A stretch of DNA of 32,000 nt from Vibrio vulnificus CMCP6 (GCF_000039765.1 NC_004459.3:630001-662000), one strand, 5' to 3'. Positions 9,513-20,192 are shown, counted from the stretch's first letter. The notes: a model not told the origin generated them from the letters alone. Made by a program: numbers and translations.

Positions 9513-10736
9513 GTGGAAGTTTACTTAGTGGGTGGAGCGGTAAGAGACAAGTTATTGGGTATTCCCGTTTACGATCAAGATTGGGTTGTCGTCGGTGCAA
9601 CTGCGGAACAAATGCTCAATGCTGGGTACTCTCCTGTCGGGAAAGATTTTCCAGTTTTCTTGCACCCCAAAACCAAACAAGAGTACGCGCTGGCTCGCAC
9701 CGAGCGAAAAACAGGCCAAGGCTACAAAGGCTTTGAGTGCTTCTTCTCTCCTGATGTGGCTTTAGAAGAGGATCTCCTCAGACGCGACCTGACCATCAAT
9801 GCCATTGCTATGGATAGCCAGGGCGTGCTTTATGACCCGTATGGTGGACAGCAAGATCTGCAGAATCGTATTTTGCGCCATGTGTCAGAGGCCTTTGTCG
9901 AAGATCCTCTGCGCGTGTTGCGAGTGGCTCGCTTTGCGGCCAAACTGGCACCACTCGGGTTTCGCGTGGCCGATGAAACCATGCAGTTGATGCAGTCCAT
10001 TGTCGCTTCTGGCGAGCTGTCTGCACTGACCGCCGAGCGAGTTTGGCAAGAATGGCACAAATCGCTACTCACGCCTGCGCCACAGCAGTTTCTTGCTGTC
10101 TTGCGTCAGTGTGGTGCTTTGGCCGTGGTACTTCCCGAAATCGATGCTTTGTTTGGTGTCCCTCAGCCTGAAAAATGGCACCCAGAGATCGACACAGGCA
10201 TACACACCTTGTTGGTCGCAGAACAAGCGGCGAAGCTGAGCTCGTCTGCAGTGGTGCGCTTTGCAGCCCAAGTGCACGACTTAGGCAAAGGCGTGACACC
10301 GCCAAGCGAATGGCCAAGCCACAAAATGCATTGCCATACCGGCCTTAAGTTGATTAAACAGTTGTGTGAACGCGTGCGCGTACCGAATGAGTTTCGCGAT
10401 CTGGCTTTAATGGTGTGTGAGCAGCACTCCAACATCCATCGCGCAGCCGAGCTCAAGCCGCAAACCATGGTCAAAATCTTCAACAAACTGGATGTGTGGC
10501 GCAAAGCGGAGCGATTAAACGATATCCTCCTTTGTTGCCAAGCCGATCATGCGGGTCGCCAAGGTCTGCAAGATCACCCTTACCCTCAAGCAGAACGGAT
10601 CCAGTTAGCGTATCAAGCCGCGCTCTCTGTCGAGGTGCAATCGATCATTCAGGATGGGTTCAAAGGGCCAGCCATTCGTGATGAACAGGAAAGAAGGCGC
10701 ACTGAAGCGGTAAAAGCGGCGCTGCTCAACGCTTAA
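9513..10736 (+). CDS. cca: Multifunctional CCA-adding tRNA nucleotidyltransferase with HD phosphohydrolase domain
   Basis: The track ORF starts at 9426. E. coli Cca begins [12 protein letters not shown], and here [16 protein letters not shown] starts at GTG 9513, preceded by gagg at 9501-9504. That start gives 407 aa. The product includes the HD region (AQVHDLGKG). Confidence 0.9.
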   Translation: MEVYLVGGAVRDKLLGIPVYDQDWVVVGATAEQMLNAGYSPVGKDFPVFLHPKTKQEYALARTERKTGQGYKGFECFFSPDVALEEDLLRRDLTINAIAMDSQGVLYDPYGGQQDLQNRILRHVSEAFVEDPLRVLRVARFAAKLAPLGFRVADETMQLMQSIVASGELSALTAERVWQEWHKSLLTPAPQQFLAVLRQCGALAVVLPEIDALFGVPQPEKWHPEIDTGIHTLLVAEQAAKLSSSAVVRFAAQVHDLGKGVTPPSEWPSHKMHCHTGLKLIKQLCERVRVPNEFRDLALMVCEQHSNIHRAAELKPQTMVKIFNKLDVWRKAERLNDILLCCQADHAGRQGLQDHPYPQAERIQLAYQAALSVEVQSIIQDGFKGPAIRDEQERRRTEAVKAALLNA

Positions 10737-10745
10737 AAAACATAA

Positions 10746-10767
10746 CGCCCACAGTTTCCTGTGGGCG
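10746..10767. terminator. Hairpin between the convergent cca and uppP genes (probable bidirectional terminator)
   Basis: 9-bp stem cgcccacag / ctgtgggcg with loop tttc. An A-run lies on the left flank and becomes the U-run for uppP on the - strand. The U-run for cca is weak. Confidence 0.5.
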
Positions 10768-10799
10768 CTATAGTGATTGTGCGATCAAGCAGCTCGAGA

Positions 10800-11603
10800 T
10801 TAAGCCATTAACAGGTAAGCAAATAAGCCGACACCTAAGATCAATCGGTAGATCACAAACGGCGTCATTCCCATACGTGAAATCATCTTCAAGAACAGGT
10901 GAATACACAGATAGGCACTAATAAAGGAAGTGACAATACCGGTTAGCAAAAAGCCGACATGAACGGGCTCGCCACTGGTCACTAACTTCAAGCCAAGATA
11001 AGAACCCGCCAGCGTAATGATGGGAATCGACATCAGGAAAGAAAAGCGCGCGGCCGCTTCACGAGTAAAGCCCAAGTAAAGCGCAGCAGTAATAGTCGCC
11101 CCAGAGCGAGAAGTGCCGGGAATCATCGCCAATGCTTGCGCAATACCAATAAACAGAGCTTTCTTCCAACCCGCTTGGTATTCATCATCCAGCAAAGAGG
11201 CATTCTTATCGACCCACCAAAGCAACAGACCAAAAATAATGGTCGTTGTGGCAATCACATAGGCACTACGCAGATAAACTTCGATGACATCTTTCATCAC
11301 CAAGCCAAAGATACAGGCTGGGATCGTCGCAATCACAATCATCCACGCCAACTTGGCTTCTTTACTTCGTTCTCCTTTAAAAATCGACGCGAACAAAGCA
11401 GCGAAGAGCGTGATCACCTCTTTACGGAAATAGATCACCACGGCGGCTAAGGTACCGACATGCACCGCCACATCAAAAGCTAACCCTTGATCTTCCCAGC
11501 CAAGAATGGCGGAAGGCAGGATCAAATGCGCCGAACTGGAAATCGGCAAAAACTCGGTCAGGCCTTGAATCAAAGCCAACACAAACGCTTCAAAATAACT
11601 CAT
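10800..11603 (-). CDS. uppP: Undecaprenyl-diphosphate phosphatase
   Basis: 267-aa polytopic [30 protein letters not shown] and the [10 protein letters not shown] motif are typical of BacA/UppP. Synteny with cca and folB matches E. coli. Confidence 0.93.
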   Translation of the reverse strand: MSYFEAFVLALIQGLTEFLPISSSAHLILPSAILGWEDQGLAFDVAVHVGTLAAVVIYFRKEVITLFAALFASIFKGERSKEAKLAWMIVIATIPACIFGLVMKDVIEVYLRSAYVIATTTIIFGLLLWWVDKNASLLDDEYQAGWKKALFIGIAQALAMIPGTSRSGATITAALYLGFTREAAARFSFLMSIPIITLAGSYLGLKLVTSGEPVHVGFLLTGIVTSFISAYLCIHLFLKMISRMGMTPFVIYRLILGVGLFAYLLMA

Positions 11604-11618
11604 GGTTTACTCAGTTTT

Positions 11619-12101
11619 TTATAATGAAAAATCAACCGCTTTCAATGTGTCGAGATCGCGTGCAGTTTGCCAAATCTCTTCCACGGTACGGCCATCACCT
11701 GGAATCACCAGATCCGGCTGCAAATCATAAAGCGGTTGTATGACAAAGGGATATTTAAAGATATCACTGCGAGGCAGTTCAGGCTTTTGGCTCGAAATGC
11801 ATTCGCCGAACAGCACAATATCAAGATCCAGTGTTCGATCCTGATACTTCGCTGCATTTTCTTCTCGGCCCCATCGCAGTTCGATTTGGCGGAGCTGAGA
11901 AGCCAATTCCTCTAACGTCATAGACGTATTGAGACGAATGACAAAATTGAAAAAGGCATGGCTGTCGAAACCAACAGCGGCACATTCATATATCGGTGAG
12001 GCTTGTAAGGCTTCGCCAAGCAAAGTGAGCTCTTGCCAAGCGGCTCGTGCGTGCTTTTCTCGCTCAATATTGCTGCCTACGCCGATATAGACGGTGTTCA
12101 T
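11619..12101 (-). CDS. folK: 2-amino-4-hydroxy-6-hydroxymethyldihydropteridine diphosphokinase
   Basis: 160-aa ORF. The N-terminus VYIGVGSNIEREKH and the DLDIVLFG motif are HPPK-like. Its ATG overlaps the folB stop by 4 nt (12098-12101), indicating a translationally coupled folB-folK pair. Confidence 0.85.
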   Translation of the reverse strand: MNTVYIGVGSNIEREKHARAAWQELTLLGEALQASPIYECAAVGFDSHAFFNFVIRLNTSMTLEELASQLRQIELRWGREENAAKYQDRTLDLDIVLFGECISSQKPELPRSDIFKYPFVIQPLYDLQPDLVIPGDGRTVEEIWQTARDLDTLKAVDFSL

Positions 12102-12457
12102 GCTTGGCCTCGCTCAATCACCACACCCACAGCGCGAGCTTGTGGAACAGCTCCCGGCTTAGCTAAGCGAATGCGAATCCAAGGCACTGAGAATTGAGTC
12201 ATGATGAGCTCAGCCACTTCTTCCGCGACGCGTTCCACCAGTAAGAAACGACCGTTTTCAATGTGATTCAATACCGCCTCGCTCACTTGCGCATAATCCA
12301 ACGCATCGGCCACATCATCACTTTTGCCTGCAGGACGATTGTCGTGCGCCATTTCGATATCCAACACCAATTTTTGCTTAATTTGCTGTTCCCAGTCGTA
12401 GACACCAATGGTGGTAATCACTTCCAACTGTTCAATAAACACTTTATCCAGCGCCAT
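12098..12457 (-). CDS. folB: Dihydroneopterin aldolase
   Basis: 119-aa ORF. DKVFIEQLEVITTIGVYDWEQQIKQKLVLDIEM is FolB-like. Synteny with uppP and plsY matches E. coli. Confidence 0.85.
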   Translation of the reverse strand: MALDKVFIEQLEVITTIGVYDWEQQIKQKLVLDIEMAHDNRPAGKSDDVADALDYAQVSEAVLNHIENGRFLLVERVAEEVAELIMTQFSVPWIRIRLAKPGAVPQARAVGVVIERGQA

Positions 12458-12580
12458 AATTTGTCCTTATAGAGGTCGGATACCCGAATGGGGTAAATTC
12501 ATCGTATTATTTTTGCAATCGCGCTATGATAGCAACTACGCGAAAAATGAGCATTACTTTCCAATCATTTAGGGACTCAC

Positions 12581-13192
12581 ATGGACGCAATGGCAGTGAC
12601 AATGACCATCATCGCCTACCTGCTGGGATCAATTTCCAGTGCGGTGCTGATTTGTCGTGTGCTGAGATTGCCCGATCCTCGAGGTGTGGGTTCAAACAAC
12701 CCTGGTGCTACCAACGTGTTGCGCATCGGTGGCAAAGGTGCCGCCGCGGCCGTACTGCTGTGCGATATGCTCAAAGGGACCATTCCGGTTTGGAGTGGTT
12801 ACTACCTCGGCATTGAACCCGTACTGCTTGGCGTGATCGCCATTGCGGCCTGCCTTGGTCATATGTACCCATTGTTCTTTCATTTCCAAGGTGGTAAAGG
12901 GGTGGCGACAGCGCTGGGAGCCATAGCACCTATCGGTTTGGATTTGACAGGGATGATCATGGCGACATGGCTGTTGGTCGCGATACTCTTCCGCTACTCT
13001 TCATTGGCCGCTTTGGTCACCGTTTTACTTGCCCCGATGTACACTTGGATGATCAAGCCCCAGTACACCTTGCCCGTAGGCATGCTCTGCTGCTTGATTG
13101 TGTTAAGACATCACCAAAATATCCGCCGTTTATTTACTGGTGAAGAACCCAAGATCGGTGAGAAAAAACTGCAAATGCCCAAGTCACAGTAA
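12581..13192 (+). CDS. plsY: Glycerol-3-phosphate acyltransferase PlsY
   Basis: 203-aa membrane [46 protein letters not shown] closely parallels the E. coli PlsY (YgiH) N-terminus as I recall it. Confidence 0.9.
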
Positions 13193-13232
13193 AGCGAAAT
13201 AAGAGACGACGATAGACGTCAAAGGAATAGAA

Positions 13233-13254
13233 AATGGCCCCTCATGAGGCCATT
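13233..13254. terminator. Hairpin between the convergent plsY and hydrolase genes
   Basis: Stem aatggcc / ggccatt (13233-13239 / 13248-13254) with extra internal pairing. The flank is T-rich on the - strand (tttctattcc) and weaker on the + strand. Confidence 0.5.
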
Positions 13255-13263
13255 ATCGTTCGC

Positions 13264-14082
13264 TTACTTGGCGTAAACTGCCGCGAGAAACGTCTCAAGC
13301 ATTTGGTTAACAAACTCAACCTGCTCTAAGTTACTGATGTGGCCAGCGTTAGGAATTTCCACCAATTGACTGCCGGTGATCACATCGTGCATCAAGTAAG
13401 ATTCAAACACTGGGCGAGGTTTGTCCTGCTGACCAACGGCGATCAAGGTTGGCAAAGCAAATTTTTCCGCATCCTCAATCACATCGCGACGACCAAACAC
13501 CATACGTCCAACTCTCGCCACTTCCACCGCACGTTCACCGGAAAGTGACGCTAAGCGTTGTTCGAAATCCGAAACCAATTGCGGGGTTTGCTCTTTCGCA
13601 TCGTTGGCAAAAAACAGCGGCACAACTGCTTCCACAATCGGTGCTGGCACCATTTGGGTTTGCGCAATAGCATCCAACATGGCGAAGTATTTCTGATGTG
13701 TCACTTCCGGCTCTAGGCCAATGAAGGTGTCCATCATGACTAAAGAAGTCACGCGTGCTGGTGCTTGTGAAACCAGTTCCGCTCCCCACATCCCACCGAC
13801 GGATAAACCGACAATAGAAAACGTCTCAATGTGTAGATGGTCCATCAACGCGAGCAGGTGTTGAGCGTAATCCACCAATGAATTGCAGTGAGTTGGTGCG
13901 GACTCAGATTCCCCATGCGCCCACAAATCCGGCACAATACAACGATAAGACTGACTTAAAAATTCAATTTGTGGCGCCCACATCTGGCTATCCCACAAAT
14001 AGCTATGACCAAATAACAAGACCGGACCTTGACCCACATCTTGATAAGCCATGCTTTTGCCATCTATGACGAATGTTTTCAT
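13264..14082 (-). CDS. Alpha/beta-fold hydrolase (substrate unknown)
   Basis: 272-aa ORF. It has an oxyanion-hole HS motif (LLFGHSYLWD), a nucleophile elbow GLSVGG (GxSxG) and a C-terminal catalytic His context (NAGHISNLE). Confidence 0.8.
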   Translation of the reverse strand: MKTFVIDGKSMAYQDVGQGPVLLFGHSYLWDSQMWAPQIEFLSQSYRCIVPDLWAHGESESAPTHCNSLVDYAQHLLALMDHLHIETFSIVGLSVGGMWGAELVSQAPARVTSLVMMDTFIGLEPEVTHQKYFAMLDAIAQTQMVPAPIVEAVVPLFFANDAKEQTPQLVSDFEQRLASLSGERAVEVARVGRMVFGRRDVIEDAEKFALPTLIAVGQQDKPRPVFESYLMHDVITGSQLVEIPNAGHISNLEQVEFVNQMLETFLAAVYAK

Positions 14083-14163
14083 TATTTTTCCTAAAATCAG
14101 CAGAACCTAACATAGGCAACACAAGATGCCATTCAGTTCCATGTGAATAAAAAGCAGCAAAGT

Positions 14164-14188
14164 AAAAAAACGGCCGCCTAAGCGACCG
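14164..14188 (-). terminator. Rho-independent terminator downstream of tsaD
   Basis: The - strand reads cggtcgc-ttag-gcggccg, a 7-bp stem with one G-U pair, followed by ttttttt. It lies 15 bp past the tsaD stop. Confidence 0.6.
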
Positions 14189-14202
14189 TGATTATACTGA
14201 GT

Positions 14203-15222
14203 TTATTTCATCACTGGCGTCAATTGATCAATTGGCCAACGAGGTCGGGCCTCTACCGCAAGATCTGACACTTCATTGTTCTTCAAACGCTGCATACCTG
14301 CATACGCGATCATTGCACCATTATCAGTACAAAACTCGGTACGTGGATAATAGACATCCCCGCCCACTTTGTGCGCCAGTTTTTCTAGTTCAGCACGAAG
14401 ACGACGGTTGGCACTCACCCCACCCGCAATCACAATACGTTTCATGCCCGTTTGTTCTAGTGCGCGCTTACATTTGATCGCCAGTGTAGCGCACACAGCC
14501 TCTTCAAAAGCGTACGCAATATCAGCACGTGTTTGTTCATCATCACCATTCGCCGCAATGGTATTCGCGGTAAAGGTTTTCAAACCAGAGAAGCTCATGT
14601 CCAAACCGGGTACATTGGTCATCGGACGCGGAAACTTAAAGCGACCCGGCGTCCCTTTTTCGGCCAATTTAGACAGCAATGGACCACCGGGATAATCTAG
14701 CCCCATGAGTTTCGCCGTCTTATCGAATGCTTCACCCGCCGCATCATCAATGGATTCGCCTAGAATTTTGTACTCACCAATGCCTTTCACTTCCACCATC
14801 ATCGAGTGACCACCCGAGACCAACACCGCCACAAATGGAAACGGCGGTGGGTTGTCTTCAAGCATAGGTGCGAGCAAGTGACCTTCCATATGATGAACCG
14901 GAACGGCTGGCACTCCCCAAGCGTAAGCGAGGCTTCGACCGATCGTTGCCCCCACCAAAAGTGCCCCCACCAAACCTGGCCCTGCTGTGTAAGCAACACC
15001 ATCAATATCTTTTGCTGTTAAATTGGCTTCTTTCAACGCCTCTTTAATAAGAGGAATGGTTTTCTTCACGTGGTCACGAGAAGCGAGCTCAGGCACGACA
15101 CCGCCGTAATCGGCATGCAGTTTAATTTGGCTATATAATTTATGGGCCAGTAGGCCTTTTTCATCGTCATAAATGGCGATTCCTGTTTCATCACAGGAGG
15201 TTTCAATGCCGAGAATGCGCAT
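14203..15222 (-). CDS. tsaD: tRNA N6-adenosine threonylcarbamoyltransferase TsaD (Gcp/YgjD)
   Basis: 339-aa [24 protein letters not shown] and the HHMEGHL metal-binding motif are present. It is divergent from rpsU, as in E. coli. Confidence 0.95.
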
Positions 15223-15323
15223 AGTTTTCTCTGTATGCTCAGTGCTAATAGAAAATTTGCCGACATATTACCTCGCGCAGCCCAGACAAACAAATTTTGT
15301 ACAGACAATAATCGACAAAAGGC

Positions 15324-15353
15324 TTTACAAAGGCGCAGGGATCGGATTAAAAT
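15324..15353 (+). promoter_or_regulatory. Candidate sigma70 promoter for the rpsU-yqeY-dnaG-rpoD operon
   Basis: TTTACA (15324-15329), an 18-nt spacer, then TAAAAT (15348-15353), about 100 nt upstream of rpsU. By-eye match only; other promoters are likely present. Confidence 0.3.
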
Positions 15354-15450
15354 TCCGCACCATTTTTGATCAAGCTGGTTAGAGACCAATCGCTAGTGAT
15401 TTGTCTATTTATTGCCAGCGTTAACGAATAACCCCTGAGGTGAAAGGCAT

Positions 15451-15666
15451 ATGCCAGTAGTTAAAGTACGTGAAAACGAACCGTTCGACGTTGCTCTACG
15501 TCGTTTCAAGCGCTCTTGCGAAAAAGCAGGTATCCTTTCTGAAGTGCGTCGTCGTGAGCACTACGAAAAACCAACTACAGTTCGCAAACGCGCTAAAGCA
15601 GCAGCTCAAAAGCGTCACGCTAAGAAGCTAGCTCGCGAAAACGCTCGTCGCGTTCGCCTGTACTAA
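15451..15666 (+). CDS. rpsU: 30S ribosomal protein S21
   Basis: 71-aa [50 protein letters not shown], near-identical to enterobacterial S21 as I recall it. gaggtg lies upstream of the ATG. Confidence 0.97.
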
Positions 15667-15694
15667 TAACTGAGCTCCGGAAAGGAATTTAGTT

Positions 15695-16138
15695 ATGGCT
15701 CTTATTGAACAACTCAAAGAAGAGCAAAAACTAGCGATGAAAGCCAAGGACAAACAGCGCCTTGGCACTATTCGTTTAGCCCTGTCTGCTATCAAGCAAC
15801 GTGAAGTCGACGAACAGATCACTCTGAACGATGACGACATTCTTGCTGTGCTGACAAAAATGGTTAAACAACGTCGCGACTCTGTTACGCAATTTGAAGC
15901 AGCAGGTCGTCAAGACTTAGCTGATGCGGAAAAAGCAGAAATTACGGTGCTTGAAGAATTCATGCCTCAACCGCTGAATGAAGACGAAGTAGCCGCGCTG
16001 ATCGACAGTGCGATTGCGGAATCTGGTGCAGCAGGCATGCAAGACATGGGTAAAGTAATGGCTGTTCTGAAACCGCAAATTCAAGGCCGTGCAGATATGG
16101 GTAAAGTAAGTGGTTTAGTTCGCGCTAAACTGGCTTAG
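15695..16138 (+). CDS. yqeY: GatB/YqeY-domain protein
   Basis: 147-aa ORF. MALIEQLKEEQKLAMKAKDKQRLGTIRLALSAIKQREVD is typical of YqeY. Its position between rpsU and dnaG is common in non-enteric gammaproteobacteria. Confidence 0.85.
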   Translation: MALIEQLKEEQKLAMKAKDKQRLGTIRLALSAIKQREVDEQITLNDDDILAVLTKMVKQRRDSVTQFEAAGRQDLADAEKAEITVLEEFMPQPLNEDEVAALIDSAIAESGAAGMQDMGKVMAVLKPQIQGRADMGKVSGLVRAKLA

Positions 16139-16157
16139 TTCCCGCACCTGTTTGCAG

Positions 16158-16196
16158 CAAGCCGTGCTATCCTCTGGAACGCACGGCTTGTTTGTA
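16158..16196 (+). terminator. Internal attenuator/terminator upstream of dnaG
   Basis: 10-bp stem caagccgtgc / gcacggcttg (16158-16167 / 16181-16190) with a 13-nt loop, followed by a short tttgt. This is analogous to the leaky terminator ahead of dnaG in the E. coli macromolecular-synthesis operon. Confidence 0.5.
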
Positions 16197-16224
16197 TCTA
16201 CCCTTCTCTTTTTTATTAGGTTTT

Positions 16225-17988
16225 ATGGCAGGACACATCCCACGCAGTTTTATTGATGATCTCCTTGCTCGACTTGATATCGTCGACATCATCGACCCAC
16301 GGGTGAAACTTAAGAAAAAAGGCAAGAACTATGGGGCGTGCTGCCCATTCCACAACGAAAAAACCCCCTCTTTCAGCGTTAGCCAAGAAAAACAGTTCTA
16401 CCATTGCTTCGGTTGCGGTGCACACGGCAATGCCATCGATTTTATGATGGAATTTGAACGATTGGAGTTTGTGGAAGCCATTGAGGAACTTGCCTCTTAT
16501 CTTGGTCTCGACGTTCCACGCGAACAACGCTCAACCAACACTAAGTTTAGCCAAGCACCTCAAGCCAGCAGTAGCCAAAAGCGCAGCCTCTACGATTTAA
16601 TGGCCAGCATTAGCCAGTTCTATCGCAATCAACTGAAGCTTTCTTCAGGCAAAATCGCGATCGATTACCTAAAAAATCGCGGCCTATCAGGCGAGATCGT
16701 ACAGAAATTTGGCATTGGTTATATTGCCGATGAATGGGATTTGGTGCGTAAAAACTTTGGTCAGCATCCTGAAGCACAAGAGATGCTGGTCGCCGGTGGT
16801 ATGTTGATCGAGAACGAAAAAGGTAATCGCTACGATCGCTTCCGTGGCCGTGTGATGTTCCCTATTCGCGATCGCCGTGGGCGTGTTATCGGATTTGGCG
16901 GGCGAGTGCTTGGGGATGGCACCCCAAAATATCTCAACTCACCAGAGACCCCAATCTTCCACAAAGGCAAAGAACTTTACGGCTTGTACGAAGTCCTACA
17001 GGCATATCGAGAGCCACCTCAAATTTTAGTGGTCGAAGGCTATATGGACGTTGTCGCGCTAGCCCAATATGGCGTAGATTATTCCGTCGCTTCCCTGGGA
17101 ACGTCCACCACGGGTGATCATCTACAAGTGCTGTTTCGTCAAACCAGCACCGTCGTCTGTTGTTACGATGGTGACCGGGCAGGAAGAGAAGCCGCTTGGC
17201 GAGCCATGGAAAACGCATTGCCTTACTTAAATGATGGCCGACAATTGAAGTTCATGTTTTTACCTGATGGCGAAGATCCCGATTCGTATATTCGTCAATT
17301 TGGTAAAGCGCAGTTTGAGCAACAAGTGGCCAATGCCATGCCCTTGTCAGAGTTCATGTTCAGCTCGCTTGCGCAACAAGTTGACATGAGCAGCAAAGAA
17401 GGTATGGCGAAGCTCACAACCTTAGCGGTTCCTTTGATCGATAAAGTGCCAGGCGGCACTTTGCGTCTATACTTGAGGGAATTACTTGGCCGCCGTTTAG
17501 GCTTGGTGGATGAACGACAGCTGCAACAACTGATCGATCGCCAAGGCCAAACCGACAAAAAGCCACAGCCCCACCGTGAGCTAAAAAGAACACCCATGCG
17601 TGAAGTGGTCGCCCTATTAATTCAGCGTCCAAGCTTCTCGCAGCTGGTGCCGGATTTAACCCCGGTCAAACATTTAACCATACCCGGCTTGAGTTTATTG
17701 ATAGAAGTGCTTGAAAGATGCCAAGCACGCCCCAATATAACCACAGGCCAATTGCTAGAAAGCTGGCGTGGCAGCCAGAATGAACAACTTCTGTCTCGTT
17801 TAGCAGGTTGGGAAATCCCCCTCGACGATGACAATGAAGAAGACATATTTTTAGACTCGCTGGACAAGATTCTTGCTCAGTGTGTTGAAAAGCAAATTGA
17901 GAACCTGCAGGCAAAAGATAGAAGCATCGGCTTATCAGCCGATGAAAGAAGGGAGCTTATGGCACTCATGCTAGATTTAAAAGCGTAA
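16225..17988 (+). CDS. dnaG: DNA primase
   Basis: The track ORF starts at 16192. MAGHIPRSFIDDLLARLDIVDIID, from ATG 16225, matches the E. coli DnaG N-terminus (MAGRIPRVFINDLLAR...). It has a zinc-ribbon CPFHNEKTPSF...CFGCG and a TOPRIM region (EGYMDV). That start gives 587 aa. Confidence 0.95.
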   Translation: MAGHIPRSFIDDLLARLDIVDIIDPRVKLKKKGKNYGACCPFHNEKTPSFSVSQEKQFYHCFGCGAHGNAIDFMMEFERLEFVEAIEELASYLGLDVPREQRSTNTKFSQAPQASSSQKRSLYDLMASISQFYRNQLKLSSGKIAIDYLKNRGLSGEIVQKFGIGYIADEWDLVRKNFGQHPEAQEMLVAGGMLIENEKGNRYDRFRGRVMFPIRDRRGRVIGFGGRVLGDGTPKYLNSPETPIFHKGKELYGLYEVLQAYREPPQILVVEGYMDVVALAQYGVDYSVASLGTSTTGDHLQVLFRQTSTVVCCYDGDRAGREAAWRAMENALPYLNDGRQLKFMFLPDGEDPDSYIRQFGKAQFEQQVANAMPLSEFMFSSLAQQVDMSSKEGMAKLTTLAVPLIDKVPGGTLRLYLRELLGRRLGLVDERQLQQLIDRQGQTDKKPQPHRELKRTPMREVVALLIQRPSFSQLVPDLTPVKHLTIPGLSLLIEVLERCQARPNITTGQLLESWRGSQNEQLLSRLAGWEIPLDDDNEEDIFLDSLDKILAQCVEKQIENLQAKDRSIGLSADERRELMALMLDLKA

Positions 17989-18087
17989 CCCTGTTTAATT
18001 AGTCAGCAACAATTTTATTTGCTATAGTTAGTGGTTTGCATTTCGCATACTAATTCCTTCACCAGATTACGAAGTTGGATACCGTCT

Positions 18088-19962
18088 ATGGATCATAATC
18101 CGCAGTCACAGCTAAAACTACTTGTCATCCGTGGCAAAGAGCAAGGCTATCTGACCTACGCCGAAGTAAATGACCACCTACCTGCTGAAATCGTAGATTC
18201 AGAACAGGTGGAAGATATCATTCAGATGATTAACGACATGGGTATCAAGGTAGTAGAAACTGCTCCTGATGCCGATGACCTAGCACTGAGTGATGAAACA
18301 AACATTACCGACGAAGATGCTGCCGAAGCAGCCGCTGCTGCGCTTTCAAGCGTAGAAAGCGAAATTGGTCGCACTACAGACCCAGTGCGCATGTACATGC
18401 GTGAAATGGGTACCGTTGAACTTCTAACTCGTGAAGGCGAAATCGACATCGCTAAACGAATTGAAGATGGTATCAACCAAGTACAGTCGTCTGTTGCTGA
18501 ATACCCAGGAACCATTCCTTATATTCTTGAACAGTTCGACAAAGTACAAGCGGAAGAACTTCGCCTAACTGATCTTATCAGTGGTTTTGTTGATCCAAAT
18601 GCAGATGAAACGGCAGCTCCAACCGCAACACACATCGGTTCAGAGCTTGCAGAATCTGATTTGGAAGATGAAGACAACACCGACATCGACGATGAAGACG
18701 AAGATGAAGACGAAGATGGCGATTCAAGCAGTGATTCAGAGGAAGATGTCGGCATCGACCCTGAAATGGCGCTAGAGAAGTTCACTCAGCTTCGTAACAG
18801 CTACCAGAATCTGCAACTTGCCGTGAATGAACATGGTCGAGAGAGTGCTCAAACAGCTCAAGCCCATGAACTGATGCTCGATGTGTTTAAAGAGTTTCGT
18901 CTAACACCGAAGCAGTTTGACCATTTGGTTAACGAACTTCGCACCGCCATGGATCGCGTTCGTACGCAAGAGCGCTTGATCATGAAGTCTGCGGTAGAAA
19001 TCGCGAAAATGCCGAAGAAGTCGTTCATTGCACTCTTTACTGGCAACGAATCTAACGAAGAATGGTTAGATCAGATCCTCGCTTCTGACAAGCCATACGT
19101 AGAAAAGATCAAGCTGCACGAAGAAGACATTCGTCGTTCAATCGCCAAGCTAAGAGCAATTGAAGAAGAAACGTCGCTTTCAGTGAACAACATCAAAGAC
19201 ATCAGCCGTCGTATGTCTATCGGTGAAGCAAAAGCTCGCCGTGCGAAGAAAGAGATGGTTGAGGCGAACTTACGTCTCGTTATCTCTATCGCGAAGAAGT
19301 ACACAAACCGTGGTTTACAGTTCTTGGATCTAATCCAAGAAGGTAACATCGGTCTGATGAAAGCGGTTGATAAATTTGAATACCGTCGTGGTTACAAGTT
19401 CTCGACCTACGCAACTTGGTGGATTCGTCAGGCAATCACGCGTTCAATCGCAGACCAAGCACGTACGATTCGTATTCCGGTACACATGATCGAAACGATC
19501 AACAAGCTAAACCGTATCTCTCGTCAAATGCTACAAGAGATGGGTCGAGAGCCGTTACCGGAAGAACTGGCAGAGCGTATGCAAATGCCAGAAGATAAGA
19601 TCCGTAAAGTACTGAAAATTGCTAAAGAGCCAATCTCAATGGAGACGCCAATCGGTGACGATGAAGATTCGCATCTAGGTGATTTCATCGAAGATACCAC
19701 GCTAGAGCTACCTCTTGATTCTGCAACGGCGACCAGCCTAAAAGCAGCGACAAAAGATGTTCTTGCAGGTCTAACACCTCGTGAAGCAAAAGTACTGCGT
19801 ATGCGTTTTGGTATCGACATGAACACCGACCACACTCTAGAAGAAGTGGGCAAACAGTTCGACGTAACGCGTGAGCGTATTCGTCAGATCGAAGCAAAAG
19901 CACTGCGTAAACTGCGTCATCCAAGCCGCTCAGAAACTCTGCGTAGCTTCCTTGACGAGTAA
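18088..19962 (+). CDS. rpoD: RNA polymerase sigma factor RpoD (sigma70)
   Basis: The track ORF starts at 18031. [32 protein letters not shown], from ATG 18088, matches the E. coli RpoD start ([13 protein letters not shown]...). Regions 2-4 are near-identical ([65 protein letters not shown]). That start gives 624 aa. Confidence 0.97.
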   Translation: MDHNPQSQLKLLVIRGKEQGYLTYAEVNDHLPAEIVDSEQVEDIIQMINDMGIKVVETAPDADDLALSDETNITDEDAAEAAAAALSSVESEIGRTTDPVRMYMREMGTVELLTREGEIDIAKRIEDGINQVQSSVAEYPGTIPYILEQFDKVQAEELRLTDLISGFVDPNADETAAPTATHIGSELAESDLEDEDNTDIDDEDEDEDEDGDSSSDSEEDVGIDPEMALEKFTQLRNSYQNLQLAVNEHGRESAQTAQAHELMLDVFKEFRLTPKQFDHLVNELRTAMDRVRTQERLIMKSAVEIAKMPKKSFIALFTGNESNEEWLDQILASDKPYVEKIKLHEEDIRRSIAKLRAIEEETSLSVNNIKDISRRMSIGEAKARRAKKEMVEANLRLVISIAKKYTNRGLQFLDLIQEGNIGLMKAVDKFEYRRGYKFSTYATWWIRQAITRSIADQARTIRIPVHMIETINKLNRISRQMLQEMGREPLPEELAERMQMPEDKIRKVLKIAKEPISMETPIGDDEDSHLGDFIEDTTLELPLDSATATSLKAATKDVLAGLTPREAKVLRMRFGIDMNTDHTLEEVGKQFDVTRERIRQIEAKALRKLRHPSRSETLRSFLDE

Positions 19963-19984
19963 CGCATACTCTTCTCAAGCAAAA

Positions 19985-20009
19985 AGGTGAGCCATGGCTC
20001 ACCTTTTTT
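19985..20009 (+). terminator. Rho-independent terminator after rpoD
   Basis: Stem ggtgagc / gctcacc around a catg loop, followed by tttttt (20004-20009). Confidence 0.8.
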
Positions 20010-20107
20010 GTAGTTTCCTTCGCTAAGTGAATAAAAACTAAGCGCAATTAGCCGTAGCTACGTCTAGACACCCCGCGCGAGTTCTCCTATAATCTTGGCT
20101 CTGATTT

Positions 20108-20183
20108 GGCCCCTTAGCTCAGTGGTTAGAGCAGTCGACTCATAATCGATTGGTCCCCAGTTCAAGTCTGGGAGGGGCCACCA
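20108..20183 (+). tRNA. ileX: tRNA with CAU anticodon, most likely tRNA-Ile2 (lysidine-modified, ileX-type); often auto-annotated as tRNA-Met
   Basis: 76 nt, folded by hand into a cloverleaf. The acceptor stem is GGCCCCT/AGGGGCC and the D stem is GCTC/GAGC. The anticodon stem is GTCGA/TCGAT with loop CTCATAA. The T stem is CCCAG/CTGGG with loop TTCAAGT, and the 3' CCA is encoded. The acceptor stem, D arm and position downstream of rpoD match my recollection of E. coli ileX. Confidence 0.9.
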
Positions 20184-20192
20184 AATTCTAGA

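Noticed and set aside
15231-15246. CTGTATGCTCAGTGCT in the tsaD/rpsU divergent region, which looked like a LexA box (CTGT-N8-ACAG).
   Set aside because: The right arm is TGCT rather than ACAG, so only the left half matches.
18640-18760. A GAA/GAT-rich, repeat-like stretch encoding [28 protein letters not shown]. It looked like a tandem repeat or an inserted low-complexity element.
   Set aside because: It lies in-frame in the non-conserved acidic region of sigma70 between regions 1.2 and 2. E. coli RpoD has an equivalent D/E run at the same place, so this is normal rpoD.
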